From: Paragordius varius
Taxonomy: Eukaryota > Animalia > Nematomorpha
NCBI GenBank assembly: GCA_964247055.1
Contig: OZ176060.1
Location: forward strand, 248,001-312,000
Length of the DNA stretch: 64,000 bases
Reading direction: 5' to 3'
Both the position numbers and the translations under genes were made by a program. Position 1 is the first letter of the stretch. Each line of letters begins with the position of its first letter. This document shows, one piece after another, positions 51,065 through 63,143 of the stretch. The notes beneath the pieces are model-generated. The model saw only the letters and a program-made list of their open reading frames with translations, did no database searches and was not told where the DNA came from.

Positions 51065-52372
51065 AATATATTTAACATGATGTGCGCAAATTTTGCCATA
51101 CTCTGTTATAAACCGTTGCAATTAAAGTGTAATTTTGTTAAAACAGTTGTGGAGATCAAAACCAAAAGCCCTATGATATTCCTGATACTTTTCCTATCGA
51201 ATAATTTTTTTTATATATTTCAATTTTATAATTAAGAAGCCTTTAGAAAGAGGATATAAATTAATTGTATTATCACGAGCTGATGAAAAATATAACGCGG
51301 AGTTTTTTTTAAAGAAAATTTGACTTTATTTGGTCTTTCAAGTCGAATTCACGACAACAAGTAGCCTACGAGTAGTATTATATGTGTTATTAATTATCCA
51401 AATTTGTTAAAATTTTTTTATATTTATAATAATAAAAATTGTAGTATTTTATATTTTTGTACTATGCAAATATTATAACCATTGTTTACTCGTATAATTT
51501 TGTATGTATTATCGCTAATCATATTTATTTGGTAAATTACCATCACAGAAATTTCGTTTAAAACCTATATACTAAGTGAATGATCATTTTCACATATATT
51601 TTATTATAGCGGATAAATGTAAAAATTAACTATATAAATTGAATAGTTAAGTATATGCCATCTTTTTAATGTTTATATTTAATATATATCGTAATTAGTT
51701 CAAAGATAGTTTATTAGGAATGTATAAAAAGTTATGTTACAATGTTGACTCACCAATAATAAAGTACATGACTGAAAAAATTGTTTTGATTTTCTTCTAA
51801 ATATTTTTATTAATTTTCAATTATCATTATATCTTGTTTAATGTTGAAATTTATAATATTTTATTGTGAAATTAAGCTAGAATTCGCATTAAATAAAAGT
51901 CGAAAATAATTTTAATTCATATCCATTCGATTATTTTGATATAAATTACCTTTTATATTATGCGGAATTCTCTCAATTATTCTACATTCTACCATTTTTA
52001 AAAAATATAAACATTTTTAGGAGGCACGAATATATAGAGTGCTGTGTTTTGTCCATATTTGGGTATCAATAGCAACATAAGGGGAATTCTTCCATGATTC
52101 AGTAAAAATTAAACTTATACGGCAAAAAACGTAAAATATAAAGAATTATTTAAAAGATATCCATTTTATCATTTTCGGCATAAAAATTGTATTGTTAGAA
52201 TTAAGAAATATGTATTGATTGTGTTTAGCATAAACTTTTACTACTTTGAAATATTAACGAATGATATATAAAAAAAATAAAAATTTAAAGTACTGAAAAT
52301 TTGACTATATTTTACGTTTTGTCTGTATATCAATTAAAACTGTATTAAGAAATAAAATAAATTAACTGCTTA
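51065..52372. repeat. Segmental duplication, direct copy of 560-1770
   Basis: See partner. Confidence 0.9.
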
Positions 52373-52975
52373 TGAAATTGAATAACTTTATAATTAATAT
52401 AAAACAATTATAATATTTTTTTTAAGATCTTTTCCTTCTTCAATCAATAACATTATTTATTTACTATTTAAAAGTATTCTTTTACAAAAGATATAATTTA
52501 TTAAAATAAATAAAGATATTTAGAATATATGAAGAAAAGTGCTGCGCAACAATCAAGGGCGTGGGGAAGTTACAAGGGGAAAGAAAGAGAAATTATTATT
52601 ATATATAAATATATAAAAAATAAAATAAAAAAAGAAATATATATATGATTACAATGATGCATTTGTTGGGTTGTTGTCTATGAGGGAATTTCGACCGCTC
52701 ATAAACATGTGATACATATCCGAGGATAATTTGATAGTATTAGTGGCTATTGACTTCTTAAGTTGTGTAGGGTAACGAAAACTGATTTTGTCGAATCGAA
52801 TGTAGTTTTTTGACTACCAGGAACCGAGGCTCCCTACAACAACTGGGATGACCTGGGTGTTTCTGTAGGTTTCCTGTAATTGTTGAGCCATACAGCTATA
52901 CTTCATTATTTTATTGTTATAGGCCGTTTCGAATGATTCTAGTCTTTTTTCAAACGGCATATTAAGTGTAAACCC
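52373..52975 (-). mobile_element. 3' end of an RLE-class non-LTR retrotransposon (NeSL/Utopia-like): endonuclease domain plus 3' UTR
   Basis: Minus strand 52960-52649 reads MPFEKRLESFETAYNNKIMKYSCMAQQLQETYRNTQVIPVVVGSLGSW*SKNYIRF...LKKSIATNTIKLSSDMY. PFE...A...K..KY...VVGSLGSW is the restriction-like endonuclease signature of NeSL/Utopia/R2-group elements. There is one in-frame TAG at 52814-52816. The boundaries are approximate. Confidence 0.85.
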
Positions 52976-53461
52976 AGCCAAAAATTAATATCAATTATTG
53001 AAAATTTTCCTAACAGAAATTAAAGCAAGGTTACTTACATTTATATTACATTAATGGCTATATATAACATATTTTTTAATTTAATTCAAAAGCGAAACTA
53101 ATCCGATAATTAGGCATATTTTATAAATGTCTTTTTTTAGATAATGTAAACCGAATTATATATCATTTGTAATATACTCGCCATCTATTTATAAAATCAT
53201 TTAAAATCATTGGTTAACATAGATAATATATATTAATTTCAAAATCTTCCGTTGTTTGACTTTAGCAGCCAACAAAAGCGACAACTTAAGCGCGATTGCG
53301 ATCTGTCAATATATAGAATACCATATATAAATAAACTCCAGAACAGACCAGTAAAAGAATGTGCCAAATATTTAATTAATTAAGTGATTTTTTTACATTT
53401 TTCAAATCGCCATGAAATAAATATAATCACCATATATTTTATTTATAAAAAAATAAAGATA

Positions 53462-53712
53462 CAGTAAAAATTGAAATTATACGGACAAAAAGACAATATT
53501 TTTTTCAAAAATCAACCATACTTTTTTAATTTGATTTTTTTTAATATACCTCATTTTAAACTACAAAGTATAAAATAATGTAAAATGGTAATACCTTTTA
53601 TATATACAACATTAATTAATAATTAATATAAGATAAATTATGTTTAAATAAGTATGGTTGTTTTTTGAAAAAATTAGTCTTTATATTTTGTCCGTATAAT
53701 CAATTTATACTG
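53462..53712. mobile_element. pogo/Tc1-mariner-type MITE
   Basis: TA|CAGTAAAAATTGAAATTATACGGACAAAA and TTTTGTCCGTATAATCAATTTATACTG. Confidence 0.85.
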
Positions 53713-53753
53713 TTATACCATATATAATTTAATTGTAAAATTACCAGCATACA

Positions 53754-54006
53754 CAGTAAAAATTAAAATAATACGGACAAATGTAAAAATATACAGATAA
53801 TTTTTTTTCAAAGTCACCCCCTCTTTAAATCCTGATTATTTTCAATATAACTCATTATTTAATCGAAAATGTAAAAATATAGATGTAAATAAAAAACCCC
53901 ATCAATTATATATTTTACATTGTAAATAATTTATGTAAACAAAATATCTTGAAAATATTTGTCTTTATATTTTTACGTTTTGTCCGTAAAATTCCAATTT
54001 TAATTG
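53754..54006. mobile_element. pogo/Tc1-mariner-type MITE
   Basis: CAGTAAAAATTAAAATAATACGGACAAA and TTTGTCCGTAAAATTCCAATTTTAATTG|TA. Confidence 0.8.
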
Positions 54007-54912
54007 TAACATAATGCTCTATACATATATATAGATATGAAAACTATTTTTTTGAGTTATTTTTTTTAATTTAAGGTCCAATTTATTTTCGTAAGATACA
54101 ATGGTTATATAATAACAAAACCTAGAATTTAAGTCATATTAATACCTTTTAGCATGTTGTATAAATCCAAATTAGCTTTTTATAAATTGATAAAGATTCC
54201 ATCAACTTTCAGCGATTATATGCTCTTATTTTTTGCCAAATAGGCACACAAATTATTCAATTTGACTAGTCATTCGTTGAAGCGAAAGAAAGACGCATTT
54301 TTCACAATAACCTACAATATGTTACAACTTCTACTAAAATGCGCAGATGTATTTTACGTAGCGTAAATTATAAAATAACGTATAGCTAAATTAAATTTGG
54401 TTAAAAATTTGACTTTCTTCTAGTTGAAGTTGAGAATTAGTTCAGAGCAAATAGTCAACGGTTATTACTTTTTAAATTAATAATTTTATTACATCGAATA
54501 AATAGATATGGCGTTTACAAAAAATGTTTTCGTTTTAATAAATCTATGATGTTGTTGTTTTAAAAATTTTTTCGTCACAAATATAACAATAGGTCAAAAA
54601 AGGAGTTACGAATATGCCATCACCTTTTTGTTTAGTATGTTTAATGGATAATAACCTATAAATATTTTTTTAACCAAAACTCACTTGACAAGTAAAATAA
54701 TATTATTTTGAAATTGACCAATAATAAAGTATATGGCTAAATAATTGATGTTTTGGTTATCTAGAAACCTAATAAAGTATATTAATGTCTTTAAATTGAT
54801 AATCTATTTACTACACACAACAAATGTAACATTATTTTAAAATTTTTCATTGCTTGTGTTGTATGTCATAAATAATCATAATATATCACCATGTAAATTA
54901 TTTTAAAAATTA

Positions 54913-55172
54913 CAGTAAAAATCAGAATTATACGGACAAAATGTTAAACAAAGACAATTTTATTAAACAACCGAATCCTTTAAATCTTTATTATAAATAT
55001 GACTCATTGTTTTATACAAGTTATAATATCGAATTAATTGGTAACACAATTAATTGTGTATTTTACGCTTCTAATTTTTAAAGGATAAAAGATTTACAAA
55101 GTATGGTTGTATTTTGGAAAAAAAATTATCTTTATAATTTTACGTTTTTTCCGTATATTTTCAACTTTAGTG
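54913..55172. mobile_element. pogo/Tc1-mariner-type MITE
   Basis: TA|CAGTAAAAATCAGAATTATACGGAC and CCGTATATTTTCAACTTTAGTG|TA. Confidence 0.8.
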
Positions 55173-56830
55173 TATTACGCCATATCAAAAAATATATTAA
55201 AGGCGATGAGCTATTGATTTCACTTCAATTTTAATTGATTTTAATGATTGGAGGAGCGGCTTTTGTTTCATTGAAAATCAAATAAACATAACCAAAACTA
55301 CAACAAATGTATACCTTATCTCCCATATTAACAGAAATTAAAATTATACGCAAGTGTATACTTTTTTAAATTTAATTTTTCCCATATTAGCTATTTAATT
55401 ACAATTGTAAGAATTAATTGTGTTAGTTGTATATGTCTTTATTTTACATTTTTTTCATTTTAAACAATGAGTTATTTTATAAAAATCAAATTTAATTAAT
55501 AAAGTTTGTCTTTTAAAAAAAAATATTTGTCTTTATGTTTTACATTTTGTCCGTATAATATCAGATTTATTAAAAAGATTTAACTACAGGTATATTAACA
55601 ATAATGACACCATAAAATTATTTTATTACATTGACCATTATAATACAGTTTCAATACCTCACATTAACCGTAACATTATTTAGGTAATTTAAAAATTTAT
55701 ATTATATTAGTGAGCCAAAAACTAAATAATATACAGACGAATCAGGATTTTATTAACAATGATTAAGGTAGCTTAGTTAGTTCAATAAATATATAAAATA
55801 CACCAATTTTTTCAATGATTGAAAAAGAAACAAGTCCCACAATTAGTCATAGAAATTATAAATTATATATAAGTAAAAATCGAAAATTTACGAATATAAA
55901 AATATTATGACAAAAATTCACTTACCAAAAAAAATCATACTATTTTAAACTGTAATTTATCCTATAATACAAACTATTTAATTATTAATGTATGTATATA
56001 AAATGGGTACCAATTTACATTTTATATTATACTTGTAATTTACAATGAGTTTTAATTAAAAAAATCAAGATTAAAAAGTATGGTTATCTTTTTAAAAATA
56101 TTTGTGTTTATAGTTTCACGTTTTGTCCGTATAAAAAAGAACTTGCCATTTTGAAACGTAAAAATTTATTTGTTATCAATCAACATTTATCAACCAACAA
56201 TATCGAGAAGCTAACCGTTTTGATTGCGCAAAAAATATTATTTATTTTTATCTTTTTTAAAATATGTGATATTTCTGTAGGTTAAATTTTTACTCTTCTA
56301 TTTCTTGTTTATGTATTTTTTAAACGACACCTTCATTAATAAAATTTGTCAATTTTCAATTAGCAATATTTCGGTAAATTTATATTATATACAATTTTGT
56401 TTTATATATTTTAATTTTCAGTTACCCTATAAATATTATCGCCAAAAAAATTTCTAAATTATTTTTTTAATAATCAAAATTTATGCAAATATTTTATAGT
56501 TTTAAACGCTTAGTGCTTAGCGGTTTTTTATACAGGGCTAACGACAGAAAGTTTGAGTTGATAATTACATTGAAAAGGCGTAGCACGCTGATCAAGCCGT
56601 ATAGCATATTTGTTATATAGATAGAAAACTTAGAGTATATACAGTACCCTTTTTATTGTTGGACACTTTTTATTTTAGCCCAATCGGTTTTACAGTGTGT
56701 GAGTAAAAAATAACAAACGGTGTGAAATATATGTCTTTATAACAACATTAAATTTGTTTATTAGTATGGACAAAATTGCTTTGTACCATACACTACTGTA
56801 TTGCTAATTGGCTTACAATTAAATGAGTTA

Positions 56831-57070
56831 CAGTAATACATAGCGGACAAAACGTAAAAATATAAAGAAATTTTTTTGTAAAACAACCATACTTAATTTT
56901 TTACACACGAACTATTGAATTAGAATTGTAAAATACGTAATTGATTATACTTGATTTTGCAATCTGAAACAAATCAGTCAATTAAGAAAATAGTAAAAGT
57001 TATGGTTATCTGTAAGAAATATTTATCTTTATATTTTTACGTTTTGTCCGTATAATATCGATTTTTACTG
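56831..57070. mobile_element. pogo/Tc1-mariner-type MITE
   Basis: TA|CAGTAA...GGACAAAACGTAAAAATATAAAG and TTTACGTTTTGTCCGTATAATATCGATTTTTACTG|TA. Confidence 0.8.
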
Positions 57071-57321
57071 TAAATCTACAAAAACTCCACAAAAAACCGG
57101 TCAAAAAGCATCATTTTATTAAAGAAAATGCATATTGCAAAACTCCATAAAATAATATTAATCTCAATATATTGCGAAATGTATATTTAAACAAAATACA
57201 TTTAATACTACATTTTATATATAATATATGTTGAATTAAGTGTTCAATTATGTACATTTTTAATATGCTTGGTAGATTGCCTTTTCCAGTATATTCCTTA
57301 AGGCAAATCGGACATTTATGT

Positions 57322-58298
57322 TTATTTCTCAACAGACTGAATGTTCGATGCAAGATTAGTCTTATTTGAAAATTCCGATTTACATATGGGATAATCATGT
57401 TTAGTTTTTTCATGAACAGATTGAATGTGTTTGGTAAGGTATCTTTTTCTAGAAAAATCTTTATTACAAATCGGACAAGGATACTTAATTTGTTCATGAA
57501 CAGCATGAATGTGTGATGCAACATTTACTCTTTGAGTAAATTCTTTTTTACAAATTGGACATTGATGTTTAATTTTCCTGTGAACACTCTGAATATGTGT
57601 TGCAAGAGAGCCTCTTTGAGTAAATTCTTTTTTACAAATCGAACATTTATGTTTAATTTTCTCATGAACCGATTTAATGTGCTTAGCAAGATTTTCTTTT
57701 TGAGAAAACTCATATTTACAAATGGAACATGCGAATTTAACTTGTTCATGAACAGAACGAATATGTCTGGCTAAAACATGTTTATCCTTATAAATTTTAT
57801 TACGTTGAAGACATCGATAATTATTACCCAATTTTGAAGAGTTTAAAGATTCAATAGGTTTTGAATTATTATTGTTATCATTAAATAAATTGTTAATATC
57901 ATTCAAGCTTATGCCATTGGAATCAACATTTGAAGATACCGAGCTTATATCTTTTACATTTTTTGGTGATTTTTTCAGAGAAAGATCTAAAGGTTCTGTC
58001 TGTTCTCCTACCAAATCAATAATTAGGCTATCTTGGATGGTTTCGGTATTTTCATCATTTAAGTTATTATTTTGTTGAGTATTTTCGCTTTTATGTTCCC
58101 TTAAATAACAAAGGTTATGGAAAGAAGCGTTCAAAATTCTCCGTAAATCATCGTTTGTAAAGTCTTCGTTTTCCAATAAATCAATAAAAGATGCCGGTTT
58201 ACATGGATTAATATATTCTTCTTGTTGATTTTTGAGTTCTACTTTATAAAGTTTTGTATCGAGATCACACCAAAGTTTGTAAGTCGATTCACCAAAAT
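57322..58298 (-). CDS. C2H2 zinc-finger paralog G, main exon (4 intact fingers); first exon not identified; possibly a young pseudogene
   Basis: Acceptor TTTTTAG|AT at 58298, in frame with the 284-aa ORF. Finger 1 has lost a Cys (CLQR), fingers 2-5 are intact, finger 6 is degenerate. The ancestral last finger (57244-57320) is frameshifted off. Confidence 0.65.
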
Positions 58299-58396
58299 CT
58301 AAAAAATTTGTTTGATTTTAAAAGATGAAATCTCTTAACATCCCAACAAAATGGTTTAAAATCTAGTTAGATGACGTTAGTTAAATATTTCTGATA

Positions 58397-58656
58397 CAGT
58401 AAAAATTGGAATTGCTTATACAGACAAAAAGATAAATATTTTTTATAAAAAGACAACTATACTCTTTTAAACATTAATTTTTTCAAAATAGGTTATTTAC
58501 TTACGTTGTGATATATATAAATGAATGCATTACCAATATAAATCTCTATATAATACATTACAGGTAAAAACATTCATATCATTCAAATAAATTTTAGATA
58601 GTATAAGAAATTTTTATATATTTTGCGTTTTGTCTGTTTTATTTCAATTTTTACTG
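58397..58656. mobile_element. pogo/Tc1-mariner-type MITE in the intron/upstream region of paralog G
   Basis: TA|CAGTAAAAATTGGAAT...ACAGACAAAA and TTTTGTCTGT...ATTTCAATTTTTACTG|TA. Confidence 0.85.
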
Positions 58657-61600
58657 TAATTGAGAAATTTTGCAAACTTTAACATAAGCAACTGAAAAAT
58701 AATAATTATCTGTTATTAATATAAGGTTGCCTAAAGTCGCATATGGTAAAATATTTAAAATATGAACCTAACAATGAAAAACTATTTGAAAGATTAATTA
58801 AAATTAAGTATTTAATATTTTTCGTAAAACTGGTGTTATTTTTATTAATTTAAAAAAATAAATATAAAAATTATTATATAATCAGTTTATATAACATTAC
58901 CAATAAAAACAACGTATATAAATTATAATATAAAGTATTTTTGATTATTAATAATTAATAATGTTGGAAATTATAATAATTTAAATTATATAATATTTTT
59001 TTATATTATTTTATGAATTTTAAATTAATTATTGATAACAATAACTATATATAAAATAAAAAATAATTAAAAAAATTAAGAATTCCAAATCTAAAAAATA
59101 ACCTTATAATACCATAGTTTTTTGAATTTAGTAATATACATATTATGTTACTAAATTTATATTAAATTAAATTGCAAAATAATCCAATAATTGAACAATT
59201 TAATTTAATTAATTTATAATATATTTAATTAGAGATTTAAATAAGTATAATAAAATTAATAATTAATTTTATAATTAATTTAAAATAAAGTAGTTGAAAT
59301 AAAATAATTAAATAAAATCAATATAAAAATATACCCATTTCCAAATAAATTTGAATATTTTTCCGAATAAATAAAAAGCAGACAATTAATTAAAACCGTT
59401 TAAAAAAGTAATCGTCTGTCCTTTCTTATACTTATTTTATTATTTTAATGGTTTAACAATTATAATTTATAAAAACTAATATTATTAGTCTATTTTACAT
59501 TCAAAAATAGTTAATTTTGAATTACTAAATTTATTTTAATACCAACCTATATTTATTAACAATTTTATCAATTTTTATTGATGTAATTATTCAATTATTT
59601 ATTGAAGTTAATTATTTTTCATTGTAAAAAATATTTTTTTAATTAAATTTATAAATTTTTTTAATATTTTTGCGAAAAGTTTATTTAAAATTTATTCATC
59701 TTAAATAAAAAAGTCAAATGTTATTAAACCAAGAGCCTGTGAGACTATTAGTGCGGTCAGAGAGAAAGTTTGTATTTATAATTTGCAAAAAAAATTTCAC
59801 ACAATTTTGGTTAAATTGATATTCCTAGGACAATTTTTTACAAAATAGGTGTATCATCCAAATAGCAAGAACGAGAATGTTAAATTGCGTTTTCTATTTG
59901 AGGTTTTATGTTTGAAATCTAATAAAATATTTTCTCGCATATATATTTCGAACGCAGCCGGTCGTAGATGAAGAATGCGACTTGCAAAGTCATATGTGTT
60001 GAAGGCACAAGCTTTACAATATAAATTCAATAATATGAAGTTGATTGATGAAATATTTTGCAGTATAATTTCTTTGATATATACTGAGTTGATTTTAATA
60101 GACATACAGCAATAGTCAATTATTTCATATTAATAAAAAGTTGCATATTTATACCTTGCATAGAAAAAATAATTATTTAAATACAGTAAGCATTATTATT
60201 CCATATGGGGCAATAATATACATTTAAATAAAATATGCCATCTGTTTCTGAATTTTATAAGGTAATTTAATGGCTTACTATTAAAATACATTACCAATAA
60301 TGATTATGTTTGATGCTTTATAAAAATTAAAAATTATTTTTCGTAAATTATATTCAATTAAAATGGAGAAGTAGAAATTCACTACTAATGATTCATAACC
60401 TTTATTCATTTATAGGAAAATAAAAATGAAAATATTTAACATATTAACAAAATCCATACAGTTTTTGAAATCAACGAAAACCCCAAGATAATTCATTTAT
60501 TAGGAGAACATAACCTATAAATCAGAAAATGTAAAGCAAATCAAATATTTTTCCAATATATGTATAAATGATATTAACAATGGGTTTTGCTGAAAAATTT
60601 TTAAAAAATATTTATTTCTAGCCTAAAAATTCATTCCATGATAAGTCTTGGCTTATTTATTAAATAAATATTTATTATTAGCTTCGTATAAAAGCATAAG
60701 GCATCATAATTCGTGCTAAAAAATGAATTGATTTAAAATTAAATAATCATTTTGTTGATTTTTAAGCAAAAATTTTTCAAGAGAGGAAAAAATAATAAGT
60801 GTACAAAAAGTAAACGTTAGAACCCAATTATATAAAACAATTTATACCATATAAAAATTTAAATAATCTCTATTTTTATTTAAAATATATTTTGCGCTTA
60901 ACAATAAATACCATATCTAGTTAATAATTAATTTCGATATAAATATTGATTATGAATATTAAATAAGCCATCTATTTACAGTAAATTATAGGGAACGTTA
61001 AAATTAGAGATAAATATATTTTTTTATATACATAATATTTTTATTATTCGGGTTTAAACTATAAAAAAATTTTAAAATTAATATTGGTGTCCAATATACA
61101 TTTCTTTTTATACTTTTCAGTTTAAAAAGACAAATGTCTTTTTGTTTTGTCCATATAACTTCAATTATTACTATATTATATATATTATATGATTACACGT
61201 TTTTAATAAATGTGAAAATACTATTGGATATCTACATAAATTAACCATTAAACAGTTTTTTAATTTTTCCTACACTTAAAAATAATTGATAGGAGTTTGA
61301 TAGGTTATTTATGTTGAAAAAATTATCATAGTAAAAATAATAAGTATATTCAAAATCATTAAAAATATTAATTATATTTAATCAATAATAAATTTGTTTT
61401 TGATATTTTTGCAATTATAATATCATACCTTTTTAAAAAGAAGAAGTCAAATCTTGTAAATGACATAAAAAATCCAAAAAATAGGCATTTAAAGTTTATT
61501 TACAGTTTATTCTTTTTTGACAAAAAATCAAATGATTACTTAAAACCAAGAGAGGGCCGTCCCAGGAAGATTTTTTCTAAATTAGTTCATCTATCCAAAT

Positions 61601-61684
61601 AGAAAAAAGATTTAATTGTTGCCTTTCAATTTCTTTTTGAAGTTTTATGTTTGAAATCAAATAATTTATTTAAGAATGCTTCCA

Positions 61685-61920
61685 TATATACCATTTACGA
61701 TTCACATATACCCTTAAACAAATTTTACCCTTGAACAATTTAAATTCTCCCTCAAATAAGTTATATATTACCTATTTTATACATTTAAAAAACTAAAATT
61801 TGTGTTTTAAATCAAAATATATGAATTATGCCATAAATATATATTTTATGTAATAATAGGTTATATTGGCAAAAACACATAATTTAGGGTGATTTTAAAA
61901 TGTTCAAGAATGTATCTCTA
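61685..61920. mobile_element. Foldback-like element of the 21-bp subrepeat family
   Basis: TATACCATTTACGATTCACATATACCCTTAAACAAATTTTACCCTTGAACAATT, and right arm AAACACATAATTTAGGGTGATTTTAAAATGTTCAAG. Confidence 0.65.
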
Positions 61921-63143
61921 AATGGACTATATCTCAAATGAGGCTCGTCTTAATTTTTAAGCTAAAAATATGGCCCGAATAGCGTGTTGACCCCTGCTTT
62001 AAACTATTGATTCAATAATATGAAGTTAAAATTCTTGAATAAAACAGACTTTAATAGGATATTTTTTTACGAAGTTAATTAATAAATTTTTTAGACTATA
62101 GCGAAAAGGTTTATATACAATATTTTAGTTTTTTTATAAAATGCTAAAAAATCATTGTGCAAAATATATTTCTTAATAAATTATGGCGCTTTGATATATT
62201 AAAAAAGTGGTGTGTTAGGATTTTTACAGTTTATAAAGGTTCCAAAAATGCATCTAATATATCAATCTAATTTAAGTAAACATATTTCATATTATTTTAG
62301 GTACAAAAAATTCCAAAATTTATTGCTAAAAATTCGTTTAGGCAAAAATGAAGTCTTTAAGATGACATATTTATTCAAATTTTGTGCGTTATTATGAATC
62401 GAGTTTCATTCTGTTAGTTTCATAGTAAGTTTTGTAAAATTTGAATTAGTGAGATGATTATATATATAAATATTCATACTTAGCCAAAAATTTATATTTA
62501 GAAGGTTTTAAATAGATATCGCAATAGTTTGTAAGTATATATATTTATATATTATGTTTTTTAACTAAAAGGAAAAAAAAGTGAATATTAATGCCTTGAA
62601 AAGAATAAATATTTATTTAAACACAGTTATTTATTTTTACCCCTTATTAAACCAATAAATATTATCAAAAAATATGCCAGCTCTTTAATTAATGTAAAGG
62701 TTTACGACAAATCTGTTATTTTCAATTTAAAATACATGCTAAATTTTTAATTATAGCTTTTTTTCGTTATTTGAAAAAATTGTTCAAAATCTGTTACCCG
62801 TTTTTTAAAATAATTTTGTGGATAAGCTATAAACACGCTTTAAGATATATTAATAAGCCTTTTTCTCTAAATATAATATTGATAAATCTCACTGTTCAGT
62901 TAATTAGAAAAATTCGTTTGCTTTTAAATTTTTGGGATTATTAAAATTTATTTGAACTTGTACCCATCGAAATTGTAACCTGATACAAACGTTCATCGAA
63001 TTTTGTAAAAAAAAGTGTTTTTATAATATCTTAAAACACTTTTACACTATTTCCATCAAATAGTAAAAGGTACGCTTCAACTAATTATGCTAAAAATTAG
63101 ATTTTTGTTATTAAAAAAATATTTTGAAATGGTATAATCAGCA

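Noticed and set aside
13203-58078. Short ORFs overlapping zinc-finger copies in other frames or strands (13203, 13246, 28363, 28694, 41504, 48550, 49182, 57111, 57525, 57532, 57872)
   Set aside because: Alternative-frame or antisense readings of the repetitive finger and linker sequence.
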